A DNA stretch of 57,628 nucleotides, filler included, from Streblomastix strix (GCA_008636045.1; 3 parts of 3 records of this genome joined end to end with filler, not necessarily neighbours in it), one strand, 5' to 3'. Counted from the whole stretch's first letter, positions 1-13,827 are shown. Notes: generated from the letters alone by a model not told the origin. Numbers and translations: made by a program.

Positions 1-2
1 TG

Positions 3-3000
3 ACAACCTTGGAAAGATCAGTTAAAAGATTAGGACCAGAAGAAGATATAATGCCGAATGAAGCATTATTTGGAATGAGTCTGAATACAATTTAAAAATC
101 ACAAAAACAACATAATATTCAAACTGAGATAAAAGCTAATAATTAATTGCCATAACGTCAATCATCAGCATTTGGAATTTTGAACAGCACTGAACCCGAG
201 GAAAGATACAAAGCATATGAAGGTGGATTATTAATTATTGGTGGTTAATATGGATTAGTTGAATATACTGTAATTCCTTTAGCTGCATTAATGTTGAATA
301 ATCCTCCTATAAAATTTTCATCAGCAATTGAAATATTAAAGATTGGAATGCAAACAAAAGAATAGAAATTAGAAAACTCAATTCATGAATTATTTTCATT
401 TCCACCAGAAGCATAATTTATGGATTTAGGAAGATCTGCAGTTTAGATTTCAGAAGATAATAAATTTGTGATAGTTAAAGGCGAAAGAACATATGCAGTT
501 AGATTTGATCCATATATTGGAAGAACTATTTGGCATTCATTGTTTGTTGATGGTGGCATAAGGAATATTGTCCCAATTAGTGCATTAGTTAATGAGACGA
601 TTAAGAAGAGAACTTAGAAGATAGTTTAAAGGAGAAGAAATAAATTATTATAATAATAGAAAATGTTGTTGAAGAAAAACACTCAACAACAAAGAAAACA
701 AGAAAATCAAGAAAATTTGTCATTGACATCAACATCGGACATTTCTTCATCATTAGATTTTGAGAAGGAAGAATAAAATTCAAATTCAAATAAAAGTCCA
801 TAATTGCAAATTCCAAATCCTAGTGTTGCATGGATTGGAAATAAATAAAATTCGACAATAACTTTTGGAATTATACCAAAATAATAAAGAATGAATAAAT
901 AAATTTAATAACTTCCTTCAGTTCCGATTTCAATCACTCATTTGCCATCTCTTCATGCAATTGCTGTTTTGATTAGAGAAGAATTCAAATATCTAAATGT
1001 TATTAAAGAAGATGATCAATAAATAAATTTAGTTGAGAAAAAACCGAATTAAATTAAATCAGATAAACAAATTCAATAAGATAATAATAAAATATATAAA
1101 GAAGAGTTAAAATAAAAATTGAAATGGGTATTCACAAATATTGAAAAATAAGATCCTGATATATGCACAACTCCTATTTATAATGATAATTAAAATCCAT
1201 TCCGAAAACTTCTTAAAGAGCATGTTTAATAAAAATTAAACAATATATAAACAATAAATAGTGATAATAATTTCAAATTATCATTAAATAATAAATCATC
1301 TGTATATAAGAAAATAATCGTGAATTAAAACTGATCTTTATCTCTTAGTGTTGCATTGGAACAAACAGGTATAAATGATTGTGATAGAAATGGAATCCCA
1401 TTTTTTGATATTATTTCTGATCACATTGCAGAAAAACATTCTTCGTTTCATACAAATTATTAATCCACAAATCCTCTTTGTTGTGATTCAAATACTTCTA
1501 ATTCACTTAGTTACAGTCCAAATGCAAACTTCCTTGTTTCTTTTCCACCAGGATATTCAAAATCAGGGATTGATTTATATCTGAAAAAGAAGAAGAAAGA
1601 AATTGATAAAAAGAAAAGAACTGCGATTTAGAATAAAATTAATAAAAAATCATCATTACTTCCATTCAATTCAACAACAAGCGGATCATCACAATCAGAT
1701 AGTTAATCATCGAAATCTAATTTATCACAAAGTTCATCATCCAATTCAACGAATATAACTTCGTCATCATCAGAAAACTCTTCATCGGACAATAATGAAA
1801 GTTTTAATTTTAATATTTCCCCTCAAAATATAAAATAACGAGACTCAAATGGAAAATAATTTGAATAATAAAAATCAAATAAAATTAATGTTCATCATGA
1901 TCATTAACACCAACGAAAACATCATTTATAAAAACACCAAAACAAATAAGAGAAAATAAATGAAAATGAATAATAATTATAATAAGAAGAAGAAGATGTT
2001 AAAGAAAATAATAAATTACCTGCTCCAAAATATGTTATCATTCTATTTGATGAAGCTGATATGATGTAGTGTGTTGGAAAGCTTTCGCTTAACGATCTAA
2101 CTATATTGTAAGGTAATATATTGAATACTATTCAAAAATCAGAGAATATCAACATTATTAATGAAATAATATAAAAATCAAATAAACATCATAAAGATTA
2201 AAAATTCGATTAATAATATTTAGGGATATATGATAATTATCAAAAAACTTTACAAACCACAAAGAACTACATCTTTTATTAGATTGCATGTGTTACAACC
2301 CCAAAACGTAAAGCTCATTACATTTATTAGAAAATAAAATTAAATGTTTTGAATAATTGGCATAATGTTGAAGAAAAATCTTATTAAAAACCAAAATTCA
2401 ATATTTTAGGAAACAATATGAGTGCATAAGAAATGAATGAATAATATGCGAGAACTTTATTATGTGTTGCAGGAAGAGAGATAAACAATGAATACTTGAA
2501 CAAATAATCAAGTATTTCTAATAGTTGTAAATAAGATAATGAAGTATTACCATATTCTCCAATATTTACAGATATATTCATTTTTAAAGTCATTATCGAT
2601 GATCCTTAGAAAGAAATTAGAAGAATAGCTTCATTTATGAAATATAACTCCAGCAATTAACCTTCAACAGAAGAATTAAGAAATTAATAAATGATAACTT
2701 CATCAAATAATGGAATTGATATTGTTCTATTATAATTAGTAATGATTAAAAGAATAAGAATATTGGGAGGTGTTTAAGGAATATATTCAAAAACATCATC
2801 ACTATTTGTTCTTAATGGAAAAGCATTGATGTTATTCATTCTTCAAGATAGTGATATTTGGATGAAAGAAGATCGAAGAATAACTGTTGACATTAAAAAA
2901 GAAAATTCCAAATAATTTTCAGATAATGATAATGAAAATAAATAAAAAGGATAAAAATCAACAGTTAATTCAAATTAAGATATTTGTTCTTGCTCAGTTC

Positions 3001-5066
3001 CATATTACTCTCGAGAAAATAACAAGAAATAATAAATGTAATCATTACTTCCATTTCATTATGCTATTAGTGAAATCAGAGCTTTAATTAATTCAAATAA
3101 TTTACTATAAAATCCACAAATTGTAAATCATCTGATCGAAACATTTGATATTCAGAAATAATTTAATTTCTTTCATATTTTCAAGTAAACTTCTCCAATC
3201 TATATATAAATGCAGTTCTTCATGAAATCTCCTTCACCAATAACCTCTGTTTCTTCAATTATAATCTCAAATGCGATGCAATTATGCGAAATGAATTATT
3301 CTACTTCATTTGAAAGATTTACTGATATGCGATATTTCCTGACTCCAATATATTTGAGGATTCTTCTCTGTTAGCGGATCTTGATTGCTTATTCACCCAA
3401 TGGGATTGCTCTGGCAGATATATAAATAAATATAGAGCATCCTGAGATAGTTTAATAAGACGTAAAATTTTAATAACAAAAATGCATTTTCAATAAAGAT
3501 TAGTAAAAGTCACTGTAAAAGCAGTACAAGAAATAATATTTGCAATCAATCTCTAAAATATTAATAGCGTCTGCCTAAACTGATATACTTAATAGATCAT
3601 ATAATTTTCTATAAAATTAGGAAATAGAAGAAAATTAATAATAAATTGATGATGAAAACAAGATTTAATAGTTAAATGAGATATAAATAGAATAACTTCC
3701 AGAGAGTTAGCTCCTTAGGCCAATGAGTCACGCAGCGCATATTGTTAGATACGTTCAGAAACTCCTTGAAAAATATGGGAAGAAGATGATTAAAATACAA
3801 GAATAAATGTTATTCGCTTATCATACACGCTCAGATGAATAATTAATCTCAGATAAAGAAAGAATTGAATGTTTGATGGCTGTTGGTGTAAATGGCTATA
3901 TTATTTCACAAACTCGATCACCATCTTTAATTATTGATGCATAAATGTTGAGAGACAGCGATTTTTGTATAATATCTGATCATAATGTTTTAATCTACAA
4001 TCTTCTTCAAAATGTGAAACACAAACAATTCTACTAAAGATATTAAAGAATTACTGAAGATATATAAAATCTCCCTTTTGATAAAAAGATCTACAATGGA
4101 ATTGTTTTCAAAGATAAAAGAAAAATTGATGAAGAAAAAAGAGATTATCTGTCGAAGAATGATGAAAATGAGCAAAATATGTTTATTTTATAAGTTTCAG
4201 CAATGATTCCAAGAAACTCAAATCTTTCATTTGTAATCCCTTCTTCATTTGGATAAGGAACTCTTTTTGGAGGAATTGATGGAAAATATTCACAATTATT
4301 CTAAGAATTAAGTAAAGAGATTCATAAACGCAAAGATTAATTAGCTGCATTTGCAACATTAGCGCTTGATTTGATGTCAGATAGTGCAGAAAGATTTGGG
4401 AAGAATCAAACATCAGTTTCAGATGTTGCTACTCTTATTCACTAAGTATATCAACACGAACTATAAGATGAATATCCATCCAGATCATTTGAAGGAGAGA
4501 ATAGAAACAAATTTGATGAGGATTCACCATATAAACTCACCAACCACAACTGGAGACATTATGCGATCTTAATGTCCAGTTGTTCATATACTCCATATAA
4601 TATAATGTAATGTTTACCTGAACTCAGACCTTTTGTTCTTCTGTCACGCAATGGATAATTATAATGTGCTATTCCAGTTAGATATGATCAAACTCCATTT
4701 AGAGATCTTGGATTGCGAAGTTTCAGCTCAGCTGCAAGTGCAATGAATTTTGGGCATTCGTGGATTAATCCACAATCTCAACTATTCCCAGATTATGATG
4801 AATTTGAAGGAAACGCTTTTCGGACATATGTACAGATGGAAAACGAAGAAGAATTGACAGAAACAGGAACACTAATGATGATTCCTCCTCATCCAGTTAT
4901 GAGATACCATATTCCAGCTTATCCTCTTCGTTTTGGCAGATTCATTAATTCAGAAGTAATTTATGGTTTAAGTCCGAACCCAATATAAGCTGAAAACGCA
5001 CGTTGGAGAATTCTTTAACCGTGGGTAGATGAGGAAAGTTATTACTATGATGGGAGCAGAAAGTGA
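3..5066 (+). CDS. 5'-partial large beta-propeller protein, probably the C-terminal half of a DDB1/RSE1(SF3B3)/CPSF1-family protein (TAR=Gln code)
   Basis: Frame 3 had no TGA in the stretches read, up to the TGA at 5064-5066, but contains many TAA/TAG. Ordered peptides GGLLIIGGQYGLVEY, FMDLGRSAVQI, FVIVKGERTYAV, SVAWIGNKQNSTITFGII, QLPSVPISITHLPSLHAIAVL and GGVQGIYSKTSSLFVLNGKALMLF resemble, in order, DDB1 BPB/BPC blades as recalled from memory. Long S/N/Q-rich insertions. Confidence 0.6.
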
Positions 5067-5730
5067 TGTGAGATAAAGATGGAAATTAAGTGAAAGAGAA
5101 AGAATGCGAATCCAACTTAATCTTCCACGACCAGCGGATGAAGATAAAGCTAAACAACAAATCACTGTATTCAGACAACAAAAAATGGATGATTAACAAA
5201 AGAATCCTATTAAAATATCTAAAGAAATTGGGATTATCGAAGATGAGATAATAAATTAATCAAAACCAAAAACATAAGATATTTAACAGACCAATTCATT
5301 ATCCAGTAAAACAACCAATGATACGCCCAAATCAGATTCATAGAAACAATCATCATCATATTAACAAAGCAAATCATCTAATGATACAGCCAAAACTAAT
5401 TGTTAGACTCAATCATCATATCAGTTAAGTAAATCATCAGGTGATACAACAGGATCATATTCATTGACTTAACCACATTCTTAACAAAGCAAATTCAGTT
5501 CACTTCGCACATTCGCGATTCCATAGATCACAACAGGCCACACTGAACTCACCATTAATTAACCTACAATGGTGCATCTATAAGAATAAATCACTCATCA
5601 GTACAGAAGGAGAAATGATGTCCTTCTTACTCTAACGAGTGACTTATTAGAACATCCAATCCCGTTAAACAACATTTAACGATCAATTTTATAGAAACGG
5701 ATATTGAAATTACCAAAAGAATTTTATTGA
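5029..5730 (+). CDS. Ser/Gln-rich frame overlapping the end of the upstream ORF; probably its frameshifted C-terminus
   Basis: Frame 1 is open from ATG 5029 to TGA 5728-5730 (…EHPIPLNNIQRSILQKRILKLPKEFY*), followed by AT-rich non-coding DNA. Confidence 0.5.
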
Positions 5731-6740
5731 TATCATTTTTTATATTTGATATCATTCTATTAAAATGTTACATATTTTTATCGAAAATCGATATTAAATT
5801 TATTTATTTCTCATAATCTGAACTTAATATTTCAATCTTTTTTATTTAAATTTTGAATCTTTGATCAAAATTTTGAAATAACTTCTTTTTCGAATTTAAA
5901 TATAGTTTATTATCTTAATTAGCTAATATTTTACAATTTTAAATTATCTGAAATAAATATTTTTATTTTATTTATTTAAAATATTAAAGTAGTTGTCAAT
6001 TCACCCATGATTCAAAATTTGAGTCATATCAAAATTTTCTTTATCAACTACAATTGTCAAATGCAATTATCATTAATATTTTTAATATTTATTTTAATTT
6101 TATTCTGAAAGTCTTTGCATTATCTAATATTTACTTATTTCACATAAATGTTTTACATTTTTTATATATTGAAAAAATCTATTTCTTCATTATATTAATT
6201 TATCATTCATTATTTTAACTGGAAATTTTATTAATTTATTAATCATAATATCTAGTGTTGTATTTTTTCGCCATTGTATAAAAATTAACAATACATCTAA
6301 TTATTTATCAAAAATGTTAAAGAAATGAATATTTTTTATTATTGTTATTCAATAAACTTACCAATAAGATAATAGTCGAGAACAAATAACAAAACTTTAC
6401 TAAATAAAACTATTGTTGTGTTAATAACTAATATAAAGCTAAGAGAATATTATACGTTATTGAATAAAAAATGAAATATTAATTAATTGAATTCTAAAAA
6501 AAAGTAAAACTTACAATATTATATTTATAGATTAGTCAATTGTTAAATAGAGTAGATTATTTTCAATATTCGTTTGAATTGTCTTTTTTTAAATATTATT
6601 CATATATTCTTTTATATTATATTCGAATTTTTTTAACATAACCTTTATTCTATTGGTTCCTTTGGAATTAATTAGTTTCAATTTCATACAATCCTCCTTC
6701 ATCTTGATTTATTATCTCCTTATCTCACTTCTTTATTGAG

Positions 6741-6887
6741 ATACCGTTGTGGCTCCAATATAGTCGGTGTGTGAACAGGAATCCGATCTATGGGGTGGCC
6801 TATTTGATATGTTAAAGAATTCAATAATGAGAACTGAAGGATCAACATTGCGGAGTGACGCATAGGTGGGGCTCGCGCGCATGGTAT
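6741..6887. other. GC-rich self-complementary island, candidate structured RNA or transposon terminal structure
   Basis: The ends pair (ATACCGTTGTG with CGCGCATGGTAT). Internal stems: TAGTCGG/CCGATCTA, GCCTAT/ATAGGT, TTGAT/ATCAA and TGCG-GAGTGA-CGCA. No known RNA family recognised. Confidence 0.3.
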
Positions 6888-6980
6888 GATAATAAATGAT
6901 ATAAAGACATTACCTTGTATTAGTTTGAAGAGTCTGATATTATTATTATATCAGATTTTCGATTATTCATCTCAAATATC

Positions 6981-7095
6981 CAATAGAATATTGATTATAA
7001 TGCAGACAAAAATATGCTTCATGCAAACATGCCTTGTTTATTGAGTATTACAAGTGCCTTGTTATGGGTTAGCCTTAAAAACCTTTAGAGTCCGT
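6981..7095 (+). repeat. Left inverted terminal repeat of DIRS copy 1
   Basis: 7021-7076 (ATGCAAACATGCCTTG…CCTTGTTATGGGTTAGCCTT) is the reverse complement of about 11869-11924. 6985-7050 is the reverse complement of 11291-11356. Confidence 0.85.
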
Positions 7096-7116
7096 TCTTA
7101 CCGCACTCAAATAGTC

Positions 7117-8110
7117 ATGACAAGACGTACCAATAATCCACACTAACATCCTGAGGATAGGTCTAATGAAGAAATTAGGAGTTTGCAAATAGAAGAAATT
7201 CGAATGAGAGCTGAAATTCAATTTGATTAATATTTCAATGCTATATAAATGGATTCAGATGAAGATGAAGATTATAATGACATATTAGCTCCAAACTCAA
7301 TTGATAATGAAGATTCCATCGATATGTAAGCATCAGGTGATGAAGAAATTCTCAACTAGCAATTCTAACCTCTCACGCGTAAACGCGATTAACTTGAAGA
7401 CCTTACTGAAACTTAAACTGCTAGCGAAAATGAAGAGGTACAATATCGAGGCATACAACGAAAATGTCTTAATGATTGTGATGAAAAATCATCAAAAGAT
7501 AAATCAGAAGACGAAAATGACTCTCTCTCACCATAGGATCCAGATTCAAGATCACTTTTATAGAAGCTTGCACCTTAACCTAGTAAGAAAGACAATAACA
7601 ATAAAAAAGCTGCAATTCGCATGGTAGAGGCACGGCTACATTAACGTTCAAAAGATTTCGAACCGTTGGATGCACAAATAGATGAAGATCGCTTGAAAAT
7701 ACTAAGAGAATAATCCAGAGATAACTTCAAACCGCTGATATTTGAAGAAGCTCCTCGTTTAATTGAAAGTGAAATAGATCTTTAACATGGAATCTTGGTA
7801 AAGAATTTGGTGGCTGCTTAGCGAACACACGTAAAAGCTTTATGAGCAGTATTTTGACTCGGAAAATAAGAAGCTTCAAGATGAATTTTAGATTCTATCG
7901 AATTGATAGCGGAAGCTTCCACTGAAGCGTAATCCTTAAGAAAATTAAACATTAGGATAAGAAATGATAGATTCAACTATAACAGGAAACCCGCATCAGC
8001 AGCTCTAACATGGAAAGACAAGAAAAAATTGAAAAAAAAGTAGAACAATTAGTGCAAGAAACAATGGAATAGGCAGAAGATTATCTAGATCTAGCAGTTT
8101 CTCAAGTGTA
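7117..8110 (+). pseudogene. DIRS gag-like ORF1 (disrupted)
   Basis: Frame 1 from ATG 7117 (MTRRTNNPH…) is acidic and then helical, with in-frame TGAs near 7843 and 7882. It lies upstream of RT. Confidence 0.6.
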
Positions 8111-8389
8111 GGAAGATGGAATTAACGAGGAAGCGAAAGACGTCCATATAATAGTTACAATTTAAAAAATGAATCCATACTTAATCCATTCAATAAACAA
8201 CTTCATTACATTAATATGAACAGAATAATTAATTTAATTCAAGCAAAGATAAAGTTTCTATTATTTCAACAAAAAGTACGAATAATTTAAGAATATAACT
8301 TAAAAAATAAGAATAATTTTAATCTGAATACTATGCGGAAATTGAAGAAGATGCGGATAATATTGACGATTATCTGTGATAAAAAAGGA

Positions 8390-10300
8390 ACAAGATTAAT
8401 AATATTTAAACCTGAATGGCAAAAGTTTGGAGCTAGTTAAACATTTGAACAAGGAGCTTCTCCAAACTGGATCAATAAAGAAGCAACAAATTGGCTGAAG
8501 GTAAAAAGAATGTATTCAGAATTCCAGAGAACTTAGGAATAAGAAAAAATCTATGAAAAAGCTCTATCAAAAGAAATTCATACAGAGATATTAATGGAAG
8601 TTTAGAAAGAAGAAGTAGTATATTGTAACAAAACATTTATAATATCATGAAAAGACGGAAGAAATAGAAAGATAATGGATTGCAGACCTCTAAACAGGTT
8701 ATTTGAAGATATCCCATTTAAAAACGATGATTTTAGTATTATATGCTATATATCAATGAAAGACGATTGGGCTACAGTAATAGATATTCTCAACGCATTC
8801 AACCACTTTAAAGTTAATAGAGAACTTAGAGGAAACCAAGAATTTGGATATAAAATGAAGATCTACGCATATATCGGTGTGCTCTTCGTCCTAAAAACCG
8901 CGTCATACTTATTCCATTAGCATCTACTCCCAGCTATTGCATAAGTTAAATAGAAAGGAATTAGAATAATATTGTATTGCGACGATCTATTAAAATTTAA
9001 TTAAGATCCAATTCAGATAATTAAAGAAATATAAAAAGTAAAGCAACAGTTAATGAATCTAGGATGGGTAATTTGTAGTAAATCTTAAGAAATCCCAATT
9101 TAAGAATTTAAATATATAAATTGGATGTGTAATCTCAAAGATCTGACAGTTAGAATGCTAGAAGATAGAAGAAGGAAATTGATTTATTCACTTAAAAGAT
9201 GGAACAGATTATCAACAAAAAGTGAATTAGTTCATATATGAGATCTGGTAAAAAATCATAAGAAAATTAGTCTTCCTGAAACTATTATTTATAAGAACCT
9301 TAGTTCATATGAAACGTCTCTACAAAACTCTAGCTCAAACAGAAGCTCACATAGGATGGGATGGACGGATAGAACTATTTCCGAGCCTTAAGAAAGAATG
9401 GTGTTGGCATCTGATTTTTATTAAGTAAACCGGCCTAGATAATTTGAGCAAATTTCGCCATAAGCGACGTTAAATACTGACGCAAATATGAGAGGATGGG
9501 GAACCACATTATAAATTTATAGAAATTAGGACTATTTAACATGTGCACGAAGATAGAAAAAGAATTGGGTAGTGAAATCCAGTAATCAACAAGAGTTTGC
9601 CGCCGAACTTTGCACAATATGGCGGTTCGAAAATCTATTAGTGAAGGATAAAATCCATTCAATGAGTTTGAAAATGAACAATACTACAATCAGTTTTAAC
9701 ATCAAACTAGAAAACATAGCTTAATATCTCTGTTACTTCACAGATTTGACATTTCAAAAACTAGAAAATATATATATTCAAATATTAGCAACTCAGATTT
9801 CAGGATCTCAAAATCATATAGCAGACTCCCTATCTAGATTAAATTAAGCCGTCGATTATAGAATGAATAAAATGAATGCGAAAGTAATGATGAAGCTATT
9901 GAAATTCAACCCAACAATCGATTTGTTGACAATTAGAAAAACAAAATTGGCGAGACAATATTGCACATTAAGCATTGATCCAAAAGCAACAGCTAGAGAC
10001 GCTTTTACAATACCGTAGAAGATGGAGAAACCAGTAATTCATCCTTCTATATCTCTAATAGGTCGTTGCTTGAAAAGGATTTAACAAGAGAAAGTACATT
10101 CACTAATAATAATTATAAAGTGGCCGGCTCAATATTGGAAGCCCATAATAACTTTAATGATAGATATAACTCTTAACTTAAGTCCATCAAGTTAAGTTCT
10201 TATAAACGGTCCAAGAGCATTAACGAGAGGTTGTGCTCTGCCACCAGGAGTTCTAATAACAATTATAATAAATCCAAAGAAGAGGATAAATAGGAAAATC
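8390..10300 (+). pseudogene. DIRS pol: reverse transcriptase, RNase H and N6-adenine methyltransferase-like domain (disrupted)
   Basis: RT: RKIMDCRPLN, DWATVIDILNAFNHF, IILYCDDLL. RNase H: NTDAN..GWGT-like and IADSLSRL. MT: PTIDLL, DAFTIP, VIHPSISLIGRCL, KWPAQYW. In-frame TGAs and frameshifts are present. Confidence 0.88.
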
Positions 10301-11303
10301 TTTAGTAAGAGAAACTTTGAAATTAATTGATGCTTCAGAAGATGCATTCAACAATTATATAAAATAATTTGGAAATTCATGGTGAAGACAAAAAATAGAA
10401 TTATAATTTTTGAATCAGTATATTAAATAAAATAATATAACTCCATTATAATTATCAAATTTACCGCTTTCATAAATATTTATAACTAATTACATTTCAT
10501 GGCTCAAATTATAATAATTAAAATCTACAACTATTACAAATGCTAAATCATCAATCTCTACCAATCTTATTGCACTAGTCAATGCAAAAACAGTTATATG
10601 TAACAATGCAACTTCTACTTCAATAAAAGAACTTAGATTAAATACTGCAAAAGAAATTTTGGACCGCGATACTTATAATATTGATGACCTGCTCAACTAC
10701 ATTCGGTGTCGAGTCTAATTTATTAAATAAATGGATGAAGAAAAACTTGAAGGAATCACGCTTGCATTGATCATGGCAATAACAGCAAGAAGAATGGCTG
10801 AATTGACGAAAGCGGCGCATCTAGAAGCATCATTCACGAGTGATTAGTTCGAATTTCAGTCGGACATTATTAAAATTAGTGGTGACAGACTGTCATTGAT
10901 TGTCAGAAGAGCAAAAGATCCCACTGTTTGTTCAGTCTGCTGGTTCACACACTGGTGGATGATTTAGATGCAAAGAAGTAAGAATGGACAAATTCTCAGG
11001 TAGGATCAAAAGAAGAATAAACCCGCATCAGCAGATAAATGCTTATTGCTCACAAAGATGGTTATAAATGCAGCTGGCCTTCTTAGCTAATTCTGAATTA
11101 CAGAACTAAGAGCAGCCTCAATGATAAAAATGATCGATTCAGGCGCTTCAGATTCAAAAATAAATGCATTGTTAATACATTCTGATGCTAGTAAAACACT
11201 ACAAAAATATTATTATAGAGCAAACTGCATTGAATTAATGGATAAACTGCTAGAACCTAATGAGGTATACCGTGTAAGGTTTCAACTGCATAATAATCAA
11301 TAA
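10270..11303 (+). pseudogene. DIRS tyrosine recombinase (disrupted)
   Basis: MAITARRMAEL (Arg box), ITELRAASMIKMIDSGAS, IHSDASKTLQKYY (His/Tyr box). Confidence 0.85.
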
Positions 11304-11403
11304 ATAAGGCATATTTGCATGAAGCATATTTTTGTCTGCTTTATAATCAATATTCTGTTAGTTATAAATGCTGATCAAAATAACTGAATGCAAACATGCG
11401 TTG
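11291..11403. repeat. Internal complementary region (ICR) of DIRS copy 1
   Basis: The first half complements the left terminus (6985-7050) and the second half (about 11363-11403) complements the right terminus (about 11909-11950). It folds into an imperfect hairpin. Confidence 0.88.
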
Positions 11404-11851
11404 TTTCCAACCTCATATAATTTGAAATTACATATTAATAGTAATATATCCATAATAAATTAAAAATTAAAGATAACTCAGCCAAATTTTATATTGTCCA
11501 CCACTCTTTTATTTAAATTTATTCAGATTAACGAAGACTACCGATGCAGTAGCAACAACGATACATATAATAATGCATAGCAACAAAGATTATCATAATA
11601 GAAACCTAAACAAAATGTAATATATAAAACAGGAAGTTCGATTGCTATTGAAATTAAAGCATAATCTTCAAAGAAATTATGAGAGGCGATGAAGCATATT
11701 AGTTTACAGATTTGTAATAGAATTAAATGGAACTTTTACTTCCTAATTTAATAGGAATGTTCGTCCATAATAAGGAATTTAAATGCAAACTGAGATAAAA
11801 TAGCCATTTTTTGTAAAAAAAAATTTGTTTTTACAATTATTTATTTATCTC

Positions 11852-11950
11852 ACGGACGCAACTATGGGAAGGCTAACCCATAACAAGGAACTCGTAATAT
11901 TCAATAATCAACGCATGTTTGCATTCAACTATTTTGATCAACATTTATTA
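11852..11950 (-). repeat. Right inverted terminal repeat plus extension of DIRS copy 1
   Basis: AAGGCTAACCCATAACAAGGAACTCGTAATATTCAATAATCAACGCATGTTTGCAT is an inverted copy of the left terminus. The distal part matches the ICR. Confidence 0.85.
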
Positions 11951-13827
11951 TTCATACATTACCCCCTTTTGAGGTACTATTTTGGTTCCAATATGATCAT
12001 TACATATATAGATATTAGATCTATGGGATGGCAATTATTCTTAAAAAAAGAGGTTTTTGTTTCATTGTTTTTTTATTTCATCTACAATTTCTTCGATGTG
12101 ACAGGATAATAACTTTTCTTTATTAGCTTATTCGTTATATATAAAATTCATCAAATTTTTTTAAAGCAAATTTTGGGCAATATCTTATTCTGATCATTAT
12201 TATTCTTTGTGATTCAACCTTCCTATAAATCATTCCGCATGTTCGATCCTTCTATTCACAAGCGAAATTGTTCCAATTTCTGAGTAATTTTGAATTTAAT
12301 AAAATTATTTGATAAGTCATAAGTGAAAACAGGTAATTTGAGATAAAAAATTTTTTAAACAGTCCTATACGGAAGCATAAATAAAAATATGTTATTTATT
12401 TTCTTATTTTCGTACTTATTTATTGCGATATCTAATTTAATCTTTTGCTATCAAGGACATGAATATTTATCAATTTTCTAACAATATCAGTTGTTCTGAT
12501 TTGGATAACTTAGCTCTAAGACTTAGTTGTGATTAGGACGGCAGATGTTAAAAAACGCCTTCATCAGCCTCAATAACTAGGAATTTTGATATTTAATTAA
12601 GATGTATCGCTCAGCAATTTGGAAAAAAGATGAGAACTAGCCATGAATATCATTAGATTGATCTTAATAAGTCTTTTTGATCAAAATTTCATTAAATACA
12701 TGGCGCACTCTCATTTATTAGACATTTCATTTAGACTTATACATTATGTGTGAAATTCAGACATTTTGTGAAATTCAGACATTTAAGAATGATTTTTCCG
12801 GAGAATGTCACTACTATATTCATATATATTGAATATAAATAAAACATTTTTATAATATGAAAAAAATATAGATAGGTTAGATTTTGAGAAAAAATTAAAA
12901 AATTATTTTTTTTAATTATTAATAATTTTAAAAAATTTTTATAAAATTATATTTAAAATATAAATGTTAATTTATATAAATTAAATATTTTTCTAATAAA
13001 ATTCAACAAGCTAAAATTTACTAGAAAATTTTTAATTCCTAATTTTTTTATATTCTATTTATTAATATAATGATATATTAAAAATTTTCATTATATTTTA
13101 TTTTTATAGGATATTCATAATTATAAATATATATGAAATGTTTTAATTAATTTAAAAAAAAAATATTTAATTTTACTAATTATCATCTTTGATAGTTAAT
13201 AATTTAATTAATAACTTTATTTATTTCAATATCTATTATTTATAATTTCTTTAGTATATATTTAAAAGTAAAAAAATAGAAGTTACTATTATTACGCACG
13301 ATTTAAATGTATTTTTCTAAATTTTTAATTAACTTATTTTTATTATTCAACATTAAAATCAATACTTTGAAGCTAAATAGTCTATATAACATATTTTTTA
13401 TAAATAGTAACTTGATTTATTTATTAAATCTATTTGCATAATTTAATCCACAATAATTTCCTATTTAATTCAATATAATTATATAAATTATATTTATTTT
13501 ATTATTGTTTTGAATAGATACATTGATTCTCCTTTTGAATATTTGAATATTTGGAAAAGTTTTTGCGAAAAAAGCAGAAGTATAATAACAAAGATGTCAT
13601 CATCAAACGACTGTAATATTTTAAAAGTAAAATACTCTTACCGAAACATTCACTGATAGTTTTGACAAATTTAGTGAGATACAATTTAATAATTGAGATA
13701 ACTTTCGAGTACTTTGGAGAAGTTTAAGAAAATTATTGTGCAATATAGAAGAATTGTATGAAATATTATTTAATTTAATTTAATATAATTTAATTTATAC
13801 AGTTAGATGAAAATAAAAATTGCAAAA

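Larger units (their letters stand above)
6981..11950 (+). mobile_element. Full-length but decayed DIRS1-type tyrosine-recombinase retrotransposon (copy 1)
   Basis: Gag-like ORF, RT (YCDD at 8975-8986), RNase H, adenine-MTase-like domain and YR occur in canonical order, bounded by inverted termini with an internal complementary region. Confidence 0.92.

Noticed and set aside
6735..6890. TPP riboswitch, RNase MRP, 5S rRNA, hammerhead or HDV ribozyme
   Set aside because: Only isolated words match (TGAGATACC, GGGGCTC, CTGAAGGA). The partner conserved motifs are missing.
11960..12800. Possible decayed minus-strand ORF (FLVIEADEGVF, reminiscent of Merlin/IS1595) and an 18-bp tandem duplication near 12749
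   Set aside because: It rests on one weak motif, with stops in every frame read and no TIRs found.
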